This document shows, piece by piece, positions 9,001-19,994 of a DNA stretch of 32,000 bases. The notes under the pieces were generated by a model, which saw only the letters and a program-made list of their open reading frames with translations, was not told the origin of the DNA and ran no database searches. This DNA comes from Methanopyrus kandleri AV19 (GTDB lineage: Archaea > JAADCQ01 > Methanopyri > Methanopyrales > Methanopyraceae), in assembly GCF_000007185.1 (NCBI RefSeq), contig NC_003551.1:630001-662000 (forward strand), in the 5' to 3' direction. Position 1 is the first letter of the stretch, and every line of letters starts with the position of its first letter. The position numbers were made by a program, and so were the translations under genes.

Positions 9001-9833
9001 AACATGAGACCCGCCAGGTAGAACAGATCCTCCGGCTCGGGCAGTCGGATGGGCTTCGTCGACTTGGTGTTCGACCGGTAGGAGACCTCGACGGCGTCGT
9101 AGAGGTCCGCCAGGTCCAGACCCAGCTCTTCCGCCAGGTCGACGAGGATATCGGCTCGAATCCGTCCCTTTCTCAGCTGGTAGTAGAACGAGTTTTCCTC
9201 GATGTCCACCTCCAGCGTCTCCCATAGCGCCTTGATTCCGCGCTCCTTGGCCAGCTCGAGAACGCTCTCCGCCTCCTCTTCCGGCAGGTGGACGAAGAAG
9301 TCCCTGCCGAGCCTGCGGAACACCTCGCGCTTGAGCTCCTCCTCGCTCATCCCTTCGTGGACCAGCTTCTGGGTGCACACGATGTAATCTCCGATCTCCA
9401 GCTCGTCGGCCCTCTTCTCGACGATCTCACCCGAGGGATCCAGGACGAGGAACTTGTGCTCCGGCGTCGTACGGATGCTCCTACCGTTCTTCACCTCGAC
9501 CTCCACGAGCTTGTCCGCCTTCAGGCGCCACACGTGAGTTATCTTGCCTTCCACGATCTCTACGGCGTCCTTGTCCAGCGAGGATACTCCGACGGGCTCT
9601 CTTAGCTCGTAGACCTCTTCACTCTCATCGCACTTCACGAGTCTGCCGCGCTCTTTCAGCTCCTCGAACAACTCGTCCGCTCGGACGAACCGGCCGTCTG
9701 CTAGGCAGATCTTGGTCTCGGGAGCCACACACTTACCGTGGTCTATATGGGCGATGATACCGATATTACGGATCTTCCCCGGCTCGGTCATTAGTTTGCG
9801 GCACTTCTCGGCCATCTTCTCCTTACGACCCAA
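6060..9833 (-). CDS. fusA: Translation elongation factor EF-2 precursor, containing an in-frame intein
   Basis: TTG start read from 'caa' at 9831-9833, stop TAA from 'tta' at 6060-6062, so it is on the - strand although the track says '+'. Exteins: [74 protein letters not shown] (diphthamide region), [11 protein letters not shown]. Confidence 0.98.
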   Translation of the reverse strand: MGRKEKMAEKCRKLMTEPGKIRNIGIIAHIDHGKCVAPETKICLADGRFVRADELFEELKERGRLVKCDESEEVYELREPVGVSSLDKDAVEIVEGKITHVWRLKADKLVEVEVKNGRSIRTTPEHKFLVLDPSGEIVEKRADELEIGDYIVCTQKLVHEGMSEEELKREVFRRLGRDFFVHLPEEEAESVLELAKERGIKALWETLEVDIEENSFYYQLRKGRIRADILVDLAEELGLDLADLYDAVEVSYRSNTKSTKPIRLPEPEDLFYLAGLMFGDGCWNQLTNGSEAIQGEVKRIASDMGLEVRVRRYEGKTARIDFPETVPRILEALFDYPRRKKAHRIRVNDFLTRAPLDCIAEFIRGYFDADGTVEEGRSAVSVTSVSREFLEDLQLLLQKFDVASYLREGDGAYTLYVSGARSLERFPGFREPEKAEKLKKLMEKASSSELEKVPISGEILREVRGDVPTTRMFNCYSNYEGGQVGLTKSSLEKVISTLEAVGVEGEALERLKALARDDVCFLEVVRVEEVEYDGYVYDFTVEEHHNFAAEGFVVHNTTLSDQLLAGAGMISEELAGDQLVLDFDEMEQERGITIDAANVSMVHEYEGEEYLINLIDTPGHVDFSGDVTRAMRAVDGAIVVVCAVEGVMPQTETVLRQALRERVRPVLYINKVDRLINELKLSPEEMQNRFLEIISEVNKMIEQMAPEEFKDEWKVSVEDGSVAFGSAYYGWGISFPFMEKTGITFKDIIEYCQQDKQKELAQEAPVYQVVLDMVVKHLPDPVTAQEYRIEQIWPGDPESEDGKTLRKCDPNGKLAMVVTDVRIDEHAGEVATGRVYSGTIREGQQVYLASSKKETRVQQVGIYMGPDRIRTDEVPAGNIAAVTGLRDVWAGETVTDPEDPIEPFEELQHFAEPVVTVAVEAKNTQDLPKLIEILHQIAKEDPTVKVEINEETGQHLVSGMGELHLEIIAHRIKERGVDIKVSEPIVVYREGVFGVCDDEVEGKSPNKHNKFYVTVEPVEEEIVEAIEEGKFNPEEMSKKELEETLMEYGMDRDDAKAVETVKGTNFFLDKTVGLQYLNEVMELLIEGFEEAMEEGPLAKEPCRGVKVSLVDAEIHEDPVHRGPAQVIPAIKRAIYGGMLLADTHLLEPMQYIYVTVPQDYMGAVTKEIQGRRGTIEEIQQEGDTVIIKGKAPVAEMFGFANDIRSATEGRAIWTTEHAGYERVPEELEEQIIREIRERKGLKPEPPKPEDYIEDYGG
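8166..9731 (-). other. Intein (522 aa) with LAGLIDADG homing endonuclease domain, inserted in the EF-2 P-loop
   Basis: Junctions: AHIDHGK | [13 protein letters not shown] ... [22 protein letters not shown] | TTLSDQL. N-terminal Cys, C-terminal His-Asn, downstream Thr nucleophile, HNF block and two endonuclease motifs ([18 protein letters not shown]). Confidence 0.97.
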
Positions 9834-9847
9834 AACCTACGACCCCC

Positions 9848-10531
9848 TTATCGGGCCGCCTCCGCGATGCGCTCGATCTCCTCCTTACGCCGGATGGAGT
9901 GGCACTCCGTATCGTATCTCGCGGCTGCGATGATCTCCTCCGCCAAGCACTCCTCTATCGGTTTCGGGTTGCGGAACGCCCGCTGCTGAGCGCCCTCCGT
10001 AATTAGCCGGAGGGCGATGTCCAGCCGCCGCTGCGGCGAGGAATCGACGGCCTCGTGGTAAGAAATACCTCCGTAAATGATCGTGGTGGTCTCCTCCCTC
10101 GGAGCGGCGTTCTCCAGGGCCTGCACCAGAACCTGGATCGGGTTCTCACCGGTCCGCTCGTGGATGATGTCGAACGCCCTCTTGACTATATTGTATGCGA
10201 GGTGCTTCTTGCCGGTGTTCTTTTCCGTCCGCATCACACGGTTGATCAGCCTCTCCACGATCGGGACTTCCGCCTTCGCGAACCGCTTCTTGGCGTGACG
10301 ACCGCCAGTGTGCGGTAGGTACATCGGCTTCAGACAGATGTAATCCTTCAGACCCGGGTCTCGAACCTCGACCTCCGTGGGGTCCCACTTGCCGAACACC
10401 TTCATCTCGTAGAGTCTGTCCAGGTACGGGTTGCCCTCCAGCTCGGAGTACACCACTCGGCGCTCCTCCGTCTCAGCTTCCTCCTCGGTTACTTCCTCTT
10501 CCCTCTCCATCTCCTCGACTTCCTTGGCCAA
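9848..10531 (-). CDS. rpsG: Small ribosomal subunit protein uS7
   Basis: [63 protein letters not shown]; TTG start; acidic N-terminal extension. Confidence 0.96.
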   Translation of the reverse strand: MAKEVEEMEREEEVTEEEAETEERRVVYSELEGNPYLDRLYEMKVFGKWDPTEVEVRDPGLKDYICLKPMYLPHTGGRHAKKRFAKAEVPIVERLINRVMRTEKNTGKKHLAYNIVKRAFDIIHERTGENPIQVLVQALENAAPREETTTIIYGGISYHEAVDSSPQRRLDIALRLITEGAQQRAFRNPKPIEECLAEEIIAAARYDTECHSIRRKEEIERIAEAAR

Positions 10532-10544
10532 CTCGAACGTCCCC

Positions 10545-10988
10545 TTAACGCATCGGCTTCTCGATCTTACCCTTCAGCAGCTCGGACAGAGCCACGTCGT
10601 TCACCTTCACGACCTTGTATCGGACGCCCGGAATGTCTCCCTTAGCGCGACCCTTGGGACCTCCGATACCCTCGATGACCACCTCATCGTGCTCGTCGAT
10701 GTAGTCGATCGCACCGTCACCGGGACAGAACGCGGTGACCTGCTTACCGTTCTTGATCAGCTGGACGCGTACGCACTTACGGATCGCGGAGTTGGGCTGC
10801 TTCGCCTCGACTCCGACCTTCTCGAGCACGATCCCACGCGCCTGAGGTGCGCCCTCCAGTGGGTCTGCCTTTTCGTCGAGTTTCAACATCCTACGCTTAT
10901 ACCTCTCGTCCTTCCACCGGAACTTCTTACGCTTCTCCCGCAGCTTACGGGCCGCGAACTCCCCAGCGGGACTCTTCTTGCCCGGCAT
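10545..10988 (-). CDS. rpsL: Small ribosomal subunit protein uS12
   Basis: [79 protein letters not shown]. Confidence 0.98.
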
Positions 10989-11006
10989 GAGCGTGAGCCC
11001 CCTAGA

Positions 11007-11435
11007 TCACGTGACGATGATATCATCGATACCATGGTGTCTCCTCGCGAGGATCCGCGCCTTCTTTATGTTCCTTCCCCCTTTACCGATAACCCGGCCC
11101 CGCTCGGACTCCGGCACGTCCACTATCGCGACTTTCTTGTTCCCGCGCTCCGTCACTCGAACGCTCTTCACGCGCGCCGGAAACAGGGCGTTTCGGATGA
11201 ACTTCTCCGGATCCTCGGAGTGCTCCACGACCTCCACGTCCATCCCGAGCTGCTCCTGAACGCGACGCACGTTCTGACCCTTCTTACCGATCGCTAGGCC
11301 TATCTGTCCCTCCTTCACCACGAAGATCGCCCTGTTGTGCTCGTCGTCGATCACGCAGTCCAGCACGTGTGCCCCGGTGAGGCTCTCGAAGAGCGCGATC
11401 ATGCGGATCTGCTCGGTTTCCAGTTTAACCGCCAA
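11007..11435 (-). CDS. nusA: NusA-like KH-domain transcription factor (archaeal short form)
   Basis: GAHVLDCVIDDEHNRAIFVVKEGQIGLAIGKKGQNVRRVQEQLG and RGRVIGKGGRNIKKARILARRHHGIDDIIV: two KH-type GxxG motifs, conserved position between eL30 and uS12. Confidence 0.93.
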   Translation of the reverse strand: MAVKLETEQIRMIALFESLTGAHVLDCVIDDEHNRAIFVVKEGQIGLAIGKKGQNVRRVQEQLGMDVEVVEHSEDPEKFIRNALFPARVKSVRVTERGNKKVAIVDVPESERGRVIGKGGRNIKKARILARRHHGIDDIIVT

Positions 11436-11450
11436 GGTTTTTCACCCCTT

Positions 11451-11789
11451 TTAGCTCGGTGCGGCCCCTTCCTCCATAGCCTTGCGGACCGTAGCGATGA
11501 GGTCAGACTCGCCGTCGTCCAGGACCGCCATCGAAGCTACCACGTGTGGTCTACCGCATACGTCACCCAGATCCATGCTCGTGCCCGGGTACACGAACAC
11601 CGGTACGTCGGCTAGCTCCGCGTAGTACTCGATGTCTTCACGGATTTCGGCCGGACAGTTCGCCGCTACGATCACTAGCTTGGGCTTCCCTAGTTTCAGT
11701 AGCTTGATGGTCTGGTTGGATCCTAACACGACGTCTCCAGTCTCGACAGCCATGCGGATCTGACGCTCAATCTCCTGCAGCTCCACCAA
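11451..11789 (-). CDS. rpl30e: Large ribosomal subunit protein eL30
   Basis: IRMAVETGDVVLGSNQTIKLLKLGKPKLVIVAANCPAEIREDIEYYAELADVPVFVYPGTSMDLGDVCGRPHVVASMAV, L7Ae/L30e fold, expected synteny. Confidence 0.96.
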   Translation of the reverse strand: MVELQEIERQIRMAVETGDVVLGSNQTIKLLKLGKPKLVIVAANCPAEIREDIEYYAELADVPVFVYPGTSMDLGDVCGRPHVVASMAVLDDGESDLIATVRKAMEEGAAPS

Positions 11790-11888
11790 GTTACAACACC
11801 CCGGAATGAGAACTAGCCCTTACCCTCGATGGTGCACAATGAGTCATTCCGCCCCGCTCACGTTTCACCCCGCGCGGCACGGTTTCCC

Positions 11889-11897
11889 CATAAAAGT
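11889..11897 (-). promoter_or_regulatory. Candidate TATA-like element upstream of eL30
   Basis: Minus-strand ACTTTTATG (plus 'cataaaagt') about 100 nt upstream of the eL30 start, in a long gap after rpoA''. Sequence resemblance only. Confidence 0.4.
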
Positions 11898-12268
11898 CTT
11901 ACTCCTCGACCGGGTCTGACTTAAGAACTTACTGCGAGAAACAGGAAACGCTCCCCCGACACCTGTATACGACGATACGCGGGCTACCCGCGACGGGGCA
12001 CTACCGGGCTCCGCGCGTCGAAGTACCGGGACGGATCCTTCGAGATGCACCTATCCCTACGCGTCTATCTCGACGGCTCAGAGGTGGCGCTGTGACCACG
12101 TCCACTTATCAGCGCGAAAAACATCGCGAACAGGTGCCGTGAAACCGAGACGGTAGCGGCCGAGCTCGGGTACCGAGTTACCTCCGCGGGTACCTACCGG
12201 CGCCCGTGCCGCTAGTGGGTGTAAGCGATCGTAGTCCCATGGGGTGATGGGAAGGAAAGCGGCCCAGT

Positions 12269-13558
12269 TCAGCTCTCCCCTTCCTCTTCTCCCTCCTTGA
12301 ACTTGGAGTAATCCACTGTGAGCTCCACCGTACCGGTACCCACCGGTACCGGCTTACCCACGATGATGTTCTCGAGCACTCCACGCAGCTCCTCGACGTC
12401 ACCCGACGTCGCCGTTTCGGTGAGGACCCTCGATACGTACTCGAAGGCGGCCTTCGTGAGCGGGCTGCCCTTCAGCTCCATCACCGAGTAACCGCCGACG
12501 GACCGTACGCTACGCAGCTCGCCCCAGAACGACATCATGTCGCTGATGAGCATGAAGTGGCGCGGGTCTACGGAGATCCCCTGGCTCTCGTACACCTCCT
12601 CGAGCTGCTCGATGATCGCGTTCCGCCCGGCCTCCACCCCGAGGAGCACGTCCACTATCTTCGGGTCGTTCGTGTTCACCCGCGTAGCGTCGACCTCGTC
12701 CAACTGCATCAGCTGCAGCATCAGGTAGGCGCGCTTCGCCACCTTGCTGTTCCTGGCGCGCTGGGAGATCCACCTAGGAGGCCGTCCCGGGGCTCCCTCA
12801 GGACTACCTCTGACAAGGATGTAGTATTCCTCCTCGTCCTCATCGTACTGGACGGAGGCGTGGAGTACCCCCTCGATCCCCTTCACTACGGCCTCGCGGA
12901 GGTCGTTCGCGATCTCGGCCAGCTCCGATGCCGACTCCACGTCCGCGAGCGTCACCTTGAGGACATCTCCCTCGAGGTGACACGCCCCGCCGGTGTGCTC
13001 CCGGACGAAGGCCACGAGCTGGTCTTCGTCGATCCCGTGTTCCTCTATCCGCTCCTCATCCAGGCCGATCTCGATGGCGCACTCGTCCGGGTTCACCTCG
13101 ATGTACTCCGTGAGTTCCTCGAACCGCGTCTCCTCGATCTTTCGCGCCACTCCCTCGGCCTTCTCCCGATCGCTGCGGTACGGTTCCTTGAGTCTCAGTT
13201 CGATGACCCACGTCGGGGGACCGTGATAGGGGAGAGAAAGGACACGCTCCAGCGCCGGCATACCGGTGGTGATGTCGATCTCCGCCACACCGGCCAGGTG
13301 GAACGTACGCATGGTCATCTGCGTCGCCGGCTCACACATCGACTGAGCCGCCAGAACGCCCACCGCGTCGCCCCGCTCGATCTGTCGGCACTTGTAGTTG
13401 CGTACGAGCGCCCGGAGGACCTTCCGCACGGTTTCTTCGTCGGCGTCCTTGAGCTCCTCGTCCTCCGACACCTTCTCGACGATCTCTCGGTGTACCGAGT
13501 CCGGGAGCTCCACGTCCTCCTCCTTACAGACCTCTTCGAGCAGCTCCTCCACGTTCAT
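12269..13558 (-). CDS. rpoA2: DNA-directed RNA polymerase subunit A''
   Basis: [40 protein letters not shown]; ATG at 13558 overlaps the rpoA' stop as ATGA. The track start at 13648 lies inside rpoA'. Confidence 0.97.
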   Translation of the reverse strand: MNVEELLEEVCKEEDVELPDSVHREIVEKVSEDEELKDADEETVRKVLRALVRNYKCRQIERGDAVGVLAAQSMCEPATQMTMRTFHLAGVAEIDITTGMPALERVLSLPYHGPPTWVIELRLKEPYRSDREKAEGVARKIEETRFEELTEYIEVNPDECAIEIGLDEERIEEHGIDEDQLVAFVREHTGGACHLEGDVLKVTLADVESASELAEIANDLREAVVKGIEGVLHASVQYDEDEEEYYILVRGSPEGAPGRPPRWISQRARNSKVAKRAYLMLQLMQLDEVDATRVNTNDPKIVDVLLGVEAGRNAIIEQLEEVYESQGISVDPRHFMLISDMMSFWGELRSVRSVGGYSVMELKGSPLTKAAFEYVSRVLTETATSGDVEELRGVLENIIVGKPVPVGTGTVELTVDYSKFKEGEEEGES

Positions 13559-16416
13559 CCCGCGCCTCCCCTCACTCTTCTCTCTTCCTCCAGCACCACT
13601 TCCTTCACGACCTTCAGCGCCTTCTCGACGTCCAGGTTCAAGCCCCACTTCTTGGCGGGATCTACGCCGTCTTCACCGTACGTCAGCTGGATGACGTTGT
13701 TGGCGCTGTCGCGCACGCGCCCTCCGGAGTCCACGATCAGGTCCAGGGCGGTGGTCACGTAGCGTCGGTGTAGATAGCCCGAGTCCGCCGTTCTGAAGCC
13801 CTTGTCGATGAGACCCTCTCGACCGCTCATCGCGTGCAGGAAGTACTCGACCATGTCCAGCCCCTCGAAGAAGCCGGAGCGGACAAAGCCTCCCTCCTTC
13901 ACACCCGGGATGAGGCTCTTCTCGAAGTGCGGTGTCACGCGGTCCGTGTACGAGTAGTTCACTATCTTCTCCATGATATGCTCCGTGTTGTGCTTCGCCC
14001 GGTGTGGACGCTCACCCATCACGGCCTGCTGACCGCCGATCAGGGCCATCCTCGCGATGTTGGTGATACTTCCACGCGCACCCGACTCCGGCATGATGTA
14101 CGCCGGGTTGAACAGGTCACGGTGCTTCTTCAGCAGTCTCTCGGTCTCCACTCGCGGCTGGTTGAGGATGGCCATAACCTCGCTCTCGATGTTCCTCTCC
14201 AACATCTCACCGCGCTCGATCCGGCTCCGGTTGCAGGTCTCGTGCTCCTCGAGCTCCTGGAGCCTCCGCTCGCCCCGCTCGATGATCTCCTTCGCCTTCT
14301 TAGCGGCCTCGTCACACAGCCGCTCCACCTCGTCCCGGAACCTCTCGTAGATGTCCTCGAACTCGTCTATACCCAGCGTGAACCCGTACCTCGTCACGAA
14401 CCGGAGACCGAGTCGACCGATCTTGTCCATGGCCCTCAGTGTGGTCTCGGCGGCCTTGAACCACGGGTACGACTCGCCCCTCGCTACCTCCCTGGCCGCG
14501 TAGCGGTGGACGATCTCGGTCATGATACCGTGGACGGTCTTCTCGTCCAGGAACCCCCGCACGATGCGTCCCTTCTCGATTACCACCTTACCGTGCTCCT
14601 CGTCGTCCGGACAGACCGCGTTCTCCAGCTCCACTCTGTCCAGCCAGTCCGGGAGGAAGACGCTCAGCAGCTGTCGGCCGGTTACGAGCGGCTCACCCTC
14701 CCTGGGTTGCCCGCAAACGAACTCGAGCTCGTGTATCTCCTCTTCGAACCCACGCCGGTACTTAGCCTCGGGTTTCAGCTTCACCTCCGTGGGCTCGAAC
14801 CAGTCACCCTCCTTCTTCACCTCCTCCAGGAGCTGGTAGGCCTCTCGGAGCGGTATCCACGCCCTCGACAGCAGGTGGATACCGACGATCGCCTCGTGGA
14901 TGGGGCTGTTACGGACGTCCTCGTGCCCGTTCTTAGGCGGCCACAGGTGGTACACGTAACAACCCATCAACTCCCTGACCTCGGCTCGAGCCTCCTCGGA
15001 CTGTGGCACGTGCAGGTTCATCTCGTCGCCGTCGAAGTCCGCGTTGAACCCCACTCCCATATAACACGCCGCGGGCAGTCTGAACGTCTTACCGGGCATT
15101 ACCCTCACGCGGAAGCCGAGCTCCGACTGGATGTGTAGCGTCGGCTGTCGGTTGAACATCACCGGGTCTCCATCCATGAGATGGCGCTCGACGACGTCGC
15201 CGGGTTCCAGGTCTTCCGCGAGCTTCTCCTTGTTCTCGTCGGTGATCCTGATCCGGCTCCCGTCCCGCTTGACCACGTAGTTGGCTCCCGGGTGCTTGTT
15301 CGGACCGTTGAGTACCAACTTCCGGAGCCGGTCGATGTTCCACTCGGTGACCCGCTCCGGAACGGTCAGCTCCTTGGCGATGGCCTCGGGGACACCCAAC
15401 GTGAACGGGTCGAGCTCCGGATCGGGTGTGATGACGGATCTGGCCGAGAAGTTGACACGCTTACCGGCCAGGTTCTGCCTGAACCGACCTTCCTTACCCT
15501 TCAACCGCTGCACGATACCTTTCAGCGGCTTGCCGCCGGTCCGGTGCCTGGCGACGGGTACTCCACCGATCTCGTTGTCGATGTACGTGGTGACGTGGTA
15601 CTGCAGCAGGTCCCACTGGTCCTCGATGATCGGCTCGGGGGCACCCGCCTCGAGCGACTCCTTCAGCCTGAGGTTCACCCGGACGATATCCACGAGCTTG
15701 TGCGTCAGGTCGTCCTCGGCACGTTCGCCGGTCTCCAGGATGATCGAGGGTCTCATGGTCACGGGAGGCACCGGCAGGACCGTCAGGACAGCCCACTCCG
15801 GCCTCGCCCGTTCCGGGTGGAAACCCAGGATCTCGACGTCCTCGTCGGGGATCTTCTCCAACCACGCGCGTATGTCCACGGGCCACAGCCGCTCGTCGTC
15901 CATCATAATCGTCGTGGGCTTCTGATACGTGATCTTCCTGGATTCGGCGCCGCAGTGCGGGCACGATTCACGCTTCTCGGCCCGGTCTATCACCTCCGCC
16001 GCCACCGACTTGACGGGCCTGATACCTTCCCTGACCTCCCGGAGGTAACTCTCGATCTCGTCCTCCGGTAGCTTGACCCTCCCACACTCCGGGCACGTGG
16101 CCCGCAGTACGTCCTTGATCCTCTCCGCGTACCTGGGGTGCAGGACCGGGCGGGCGAGCTCTATATGGCCGAAGTGACCAGGGCAGCGACCGGCCGGCTG
16201 ACCGCACGTCCGACACCTGAGTCCGGGGTCGATGACGCCCATCCTGGTGTCCATCACGCCTCCTTCGATCGGGTACCCGTCCTCGTCGTACGTCTCCGGG
16301 CTAGTTACCTCGACCTTGGACATCTTCCGGATCTTGTCGGGCGGTAGGATCCCGAACAGGATGCGCTTCACGTACTTGGGTGGATCTTGAACGCGAGGTT
16401 CCTCCATCAGGGTCAT
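13555..16416 (-). CDS. rpoA1: DNA-directed RNA polymerase subunit A'
   Basis: [18 protein letters not shown] active-site motif, [31 protein letters not shown]; ATGA overlap with the rpoB' stop. Confidence 0.98.
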   Translation of the reverse strand: MTLMEEPRVQDPPKYVKRILFGILPPDKIRKMSKVEVTSPETYDEDGYPIEGGVMDTRMGVIDPGLRCRTCGQPAGRCPGHFGHIELARPVLHPRYAERIKDVLRATCPECGRVKLPEDEIESYLREVREGIRPVKSVAAEVIDRAEKRESCPHCGAESRKITYQKPTTIMMDDERLWPVDIRAWLEKIPDEDVEILGFHPERARPEWAVLTVLPVPPVTMRPSIILETGERAEDDLTHKLVDIVRVNLRLKESLEAGAPEPIIEDQWDLLQYHVTTYIDNEIGGVPVARHRTGGKPLKGIVQRLKGKEGRFRQNLAGKRVNFSARSVITPDPELDPFTLGVPEAIAKELTVPERVTEWNIDRLRKLVLNGPNKHPGANYVVKRDGSRIRITDENKEKLAEDLEPGDVVERHLMDGDPVMFNRQPTLHIQSELGFRVRVMPGKTFRLPAACYMGVGFNADFDGDEMNLHVPQSEEARAEVRELMGCYVYHLWPPKNGHEDVRNSPIHEAIVGIHLLSRAWIPLREAYQLLEEVKKEGDWFEPTEVKLKPEAKYRRGFEEEIHELEFVCGQPREGEPLVTGRQLLSVFLPDWLDRVELENAVCPDDEEHGKVVIEKGRIVRGFLDEKTVHGIMTEIVHRYAAREVARGESYPWFKAAETTLRAMDKIGRLGLRFVTRYGFTLGIDEFEDIYERFRDEVERLCDEAAKKAKEIIERGERRLQELEEHETCNRSRIERGEMLERNIESEVMAILNQPRVETERLLKKHRDLFNPAYIMPESGARGSITNIARMALIGGQQAVMGERPHRAKHNTEHIMEKIVNYSYTDRVTPHFEKSLIPGVKEGGFVRSGFFEGLDMVEYFLHAMSGREGLIDKGFRTADSGYLHRRYVTTALDLIVDSGGRVRDSANNVIQLTYGEDGVDPAKKWGLNLDVEKALKVVKEVVLEEERRVRGGAG

Positions 16417-18368
16417 TCCTCCTCACCCTCCTCCCGTTCGGACAGCGAGCCGACTTCCAGCACGGCGTCCATGCAGAACGACTTCAGCTCGTCCAGCAGA
16501 ATCTTGAACGCGTACGACATCTCGACGCGGTCAGCCCGCACCTCGCCGCAGATGGGACAGATCGTCTTACCCGTCGCGGCGTGCACGTAACACAGCTCTC
16601 CGCAGTTCGGGCAAATGTACGCCTCGTACTTGTCGGACTCGTCGAGCAGCCTCTCTTTCAGGAACAATGAGGCGCCCCAAGCCACGAGGTCGTCGCGTTC
16701 CATCTCTCCGAACCTGAGACCGCCCTCCCGGGCCCTTCCTTCCGTCGGCTGCCTGGTGAGTACCTGCACAGGACCGCGCGATCTCGCGTGGTACTTGTCC
16801 TTCACCATGTGGTACAGCTTCCGGTACAGGCACACTCCGATGAAGACCTCCGCTTCGAGCTTCTGCCCGGTACGGCCGTCGTACATGACCTCCTTACCGG
16901 TGGGCTCGAACCCCAGCTCGCGGAGCATCTTCTTGATCTCCTCGTAGGCCTCCTTCGGGTTCGAGGTGAACGCGGAACCGTCGATCCTCTTCCCGCTCAG
17001 TGCCGCCGCCTTACCCGCGAGCGTCTCCAGAATGTGGGCCATGGTCTCACGCGACGGTAGCGCGTGCGGGTTGAGTATCAGGTCCGGTGTGATCCCGTCC
17101 TCGGTGAACGGCATGTCCTCCTCCGGGACGATCATCCCGATGACTCCTTTCTGACCGTGCCGTGAGGAGAACTTGTCACCGAGCTCCGGCACCCGCTCGT
17201 CCCTGATCCTCACCTTCACCAGCTTGTGTCCGTCGCTGGTCTCGGTGATGATCACGGAGTCCACGATACCGGAGTCGGTGTGCCGGATGGCCGTGGAGGA
17301 CTCACGCCTCTCCTCCGCCGGCAGTTCCTCCGGTCGGAATTCCTCCAGGAAGCGCGGCGGGCTCGTCTTCCCGATGATCACGTCACGACCCTCGACGCGC
17401 TCCCCGACCTCCGCCAGTCCATCCTCTCCCAGGTGCTTGTACGCGTCCTCGGACCGGTATCCACGCACCTCCTTCTCCGGGATGCAGAACTTGTCCTTCA
17501 TCCCGCCCGGATACGTCCGTGCCTCGTCTTCGAACGTCTTGAAGAAGAACGACCTAGCCAGACCGCGCTCGATCGCGGACTCGTTCATGATGATGGCGTC
17601 CTCCATGTTGTAACCCTCGTACGTGAGCACGGCGACGATCATGTTCTGGCCGGCCGGCCGCTCGTCGTAGTCGAAAGCTTCCGTACCTCTGGTCTTCACG
17701 AGCGGTCGGTGCGGGTAGTACAGCAGGTGACCCCGGGACTCCATCCGGATGGGGTGGTTCGCGGCGTAGAAGCCCAGCGCCTGCCGGGTCATGTTCGTAC
17801 CCATCGTGTTACGCGGCGCCGAGTTCGACTCCGGCCAGGGGATGCAGCTGCAGCACGTTCCGAATATCGCCGCCGGGTCCAGCTCCACATGTGTGTACTT
17901 CTTCCGCTCCTCCTTAGGCATCGAGTAGAACTCCTCCAGGGACTGGGCGATGAGCGCGTTCTCCTCCTCTTCGGCGTCCAGGAACTCGATGACGCCTTCT
18001 TCCTCCAGGTCCTTCCACGAGATCTCTCCTTCTCGGAGCTTCTCCAGGTGCTCCTCCGTGAGCTTGACCTCGCCGTCCTCCACCACCAGTAGCGGACGGA
18101 CCACGCGTCCACGGTCACAGTTCACGTGCACCTCGTTCAGGTCCTCGTGGTAGGCGGCGTTGACCCTCGGATGCAGCACGCCCTCCCGTCGCAACTCCCG
18201 GACTTTCTCCACGAACTCCTCCGGGTCCTCCACGTATCCGATCAGCCGTCCGTTCAGGTACACCGGGGTTCTATCTTCCTCGCGTTCGGGACCCTTGAGA
18301 ACATGCTCAACGGCCTTATCCACACGGGTCTCCACGTCGTCCCGCACGCCACCCTCCTCGTTCGACAC
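16413..18368 (-). CDS. rpoB1: DNA-directed RNA polymerase subunit B' (C-terminal half of the split B subunit)
   Basis: GTNMTRQALG, GYNMEDAIIMN, VPELGDKFSSRHGQKGVIG, VFIGVCLYRKLYHMVKDKYHARSRGPVQVLTRQPTEGRAREGGLRFGEMERD. Confidence 0.97.
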   Translation of the reverse strand: MSNEEGGVRDDVETRVDKAVEHVLKGPEREEDRTPVYLNGRLIGYVEDPEEFVEKVRELRREGVLHPRVNAAYHEDLNEVHVNCDRGRVVRPLLVVEDGEVKLTEEHLEKLREGEISWKDLEEEGVIEFLDAEEEENALIAQSLEEFYSMPKEERKKYTHVELDPAAIFGTCCSCIPWPESNSAPRNTMGTNMTRQALGFYAANHPIRMESRGHLLYYPHRPLVKTRGTEAFDYDERPAGQNMIVAVLTYEGYNMEDAIIMNESAIERGLARSFFFKTFEDEARTYPGGMKDKFCIPEKEVRGYRSEDAYKHLGEDGLAEVGERVEGRDVIIGKTSPPRFLEEFRPEELPAEERRESSTAIRHTDSGIVDSVIITETSDGHKLVKVRIRDERVPELGDKFSSRHGQKGVIGMIVPEEDMPFTEDGITPDLILNPHALPSRETMAHILETLAGKAAALSGKRIDGSAFTSNPKEAYEEIKKMLRELGFEPTGKEVMYDGRTGQKLEAEVFIGVCLYRKLYHMVKDKYHARSRGPVQVLTRQPTEGRAREGGLRFGEMERDDLVAWGASLFLKERLLDESDKYEAYICPNCGELCYVHAATGKTICPICGEVRADRVEMSYAFKILLDELKSFCMDAVLEVGSLSEREEGEEE

Positions 18369-18384
18369 GGGTTCGGGGTCCCCC

Positions 18385-19983
18385 TTACTCGGTTTCGAGC
18401 CCGATCTCCTCCAGGATTTCGATCACCTCGTCCTCATCCGCGTCTTTGTGAACGACCTCGGCGTACAGGGCCAGGTTCTTGATCGCACCACAGTTGGCCC
18501 CCTCGGGGGTCTCGTTCGGGCACAACCGGCCCATGTGCGTCGGATGCAGGTAACGAGCCTCCTTCGGGATCGACCACTTACCCACACCCAGCTCCGTAGC
18601 GGCCCTGATCCTCCGCAAGTGCGACATGGTGGACATCCAGGTATACCGCTCGAGAATCTGGGAGACTCCGGTTCTGGGCCGGTAGTGGCCGGTCCTCCAG
18701 GTACCGGTCGACATACAGCTGCGGATGTGGTCCGTGACCTTGTCCGGACGCACGATGTACCGGATAGTGGGCTCACGACCCCGGGAGTACGCGCGCTCGA
18801 ACTGATACCTCATCTCGCGGGCCAGCTGCTGGAACGCGTACTCGTAAGCCTCGTACAGTAGGTCACCCGCCAGCTTGATCCGCTTGTTCGCGTAATGGTC
18901 GCGGTCACGGACGCTCTTCACCTTGACCCTCCGGTACTTCAGCTCCAGCACCTCGCGCACCATCTTGAGGACCTCGTCGGCCTTCTTCCGGAAGACCTCC
19001 TTCAGCTTCTCATCGTCGTCCAGGTCGTCGACCTCGGCGATGTGCGGTAGGAAGTACTTGGCCAGTACCTCCTTACCCCGCTTAATTCGCTCCTCGCGGC
19101 TCTCGTCGGGTCTCGACAACCTGCCGATGTACTCCAGCGCGTCCTCCTGGCTGCCGATTTCCTCCTTCACGAGTACCCTCATCTGCTCCGCCATGATCGT
19201 GGCGAACTCGGGACCGACGCCCTCCATGATCTCCTCCTCGGTCAGTCCCAGCGCCCGTAATAGGATCACCACGGGGAACTTCCGGTACACGGCCGGCATA
19301 TCGATGACCAGGCGACCCTTCCGGTCGATGACGTCCACGGGACCGCGGTACCGCTCGCCCCGGGAGTACACCCTGGAACGAACCTCGTCCAGTACACCAC
19401 GCTCCCGGATCTTCTCGTTCACCCGTCGGTTCGGCGCGATATCCTCTAGGGACATCAGCACGCGTTCCGACCCGTTGATGATGAAGTAGCCGCCCGGATC
19501 CTTCGGATCCTCGCCGACTTCGATCAGCTCCTCCTCCGACAGGCCGTAGGTGTTACACACCTTCGACCGGACCATCACCGGAAGCTCGCCGACGTAGACG
19601 TTGTCCCGCTCGACCTCCTCCCCGTCCTCGTACATTACGATCTCCGCGTACAGGGGCGCGGAATAGAGCATGTTCCTCAGGCGTGCCTCCATCGGGTAGA
19701 TCTTCCGACGCGCGCCGTCCGGCTCTATCGAGGAGGGTTCTCCCACCTCGATCCTCTCGAACTCGATTCGGTAGCTGGCTCCCTCCACTTCCGGTTCGAT
19801 CGGTTCCATCTGCTCGATCAGCTGTTGCAGGCCCTCGTCTATCAACCAGTGATAGGATAGGAAGTGATGGGCGATGAGTGGGTGCGTCTTTACATCGCCC
19901 AGGAGTTCCTCGTTTCTACGTAAATAACCCTCCAATAACGCCAAATAATCCTCCTCACTCAGAGACTTGACGGGTTCGGCCAT
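18385..19983 (-). CDS. rpoB2: DNA-directed RNA polymerase subunit B'' (N-terminal half of the split B subunit)
   Basis: GGYFIINGSERVLMSLEDIAPNR, LAGDLLYEAYEYAFQQLAREM, HPTHMGRLCPNETPEGANCGAIKNLALYAEV. Confidence 0.97.
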   Translation of the reverse strand: MAEPVKSLSEEDYLALLEGYLRRNEELLGDVKTHPLIAHHFLSYHWLIDEGLQQLIEQMEPIEPEVEGASYRIEFERIEVGEPSSIEPDGARRKIYPMEARLRNMLYSAPLYAEIVMYEDGEEVERDNVYVGELPVMVRSKVCNTYGLSEEELIEVGEDPKDPGGYFIINGSERVLMSLEDIAPNRRVNEKIRERGVLDEVRSRVYSRGERYRGPVDVIDRKGRLVIDMPAVYRKFPVVILLRALGLTEEEIMEGVGPEFATIMAEQMRVLVKEEIGSQEDALEYIGRLSRPDESREERIKRGKEVLAKYFLPHIAEVDDLDDDEKLKEVFRKKADEVLKMVREVLELKYRRVKVKSVRDRDHYANKRIKLAGDLLYEAYEYAFQQLAREMRYQFERAYSRGREPTIRYIVRPDKVTDHIRSCMSTGTWRTGHYRPRTGVSQILERYTWMSTMSHLRRIRAATELGVGKWSIPKEARYLHPTHMGRLCPNETPEGANCGAIKNLALYAEVVHKDADEDEVIEILEEIGLETE

Positions 19984-19994
19984 CGGGTTCCCCC

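Noticed and set aside
6941-9605. Long plus-strand ORFs (405, 352, 105 aa etc.) opposite EF-2
   Set aside because: Leu/His/Arg-rich translations with no motifs, exactly antisense to the conserved EF-2/intein CDS: shadow ORFs from high GC.
11865-12050. 61-aa minus-strand ORF in the rpoA''-eL30 gap
   Set aside because: No domain, Arg/Ser-rich, overlaps the TATA-like element; probably chance.
12557-16071. Plus-strand ORFs of 401, 434, 296 and 214 aa over rpoA'/rpoA''
   Set aside because: Antisense to unambiguous RNA polymerase genes; low-complexity composition typical of GC-rich complementary frames.
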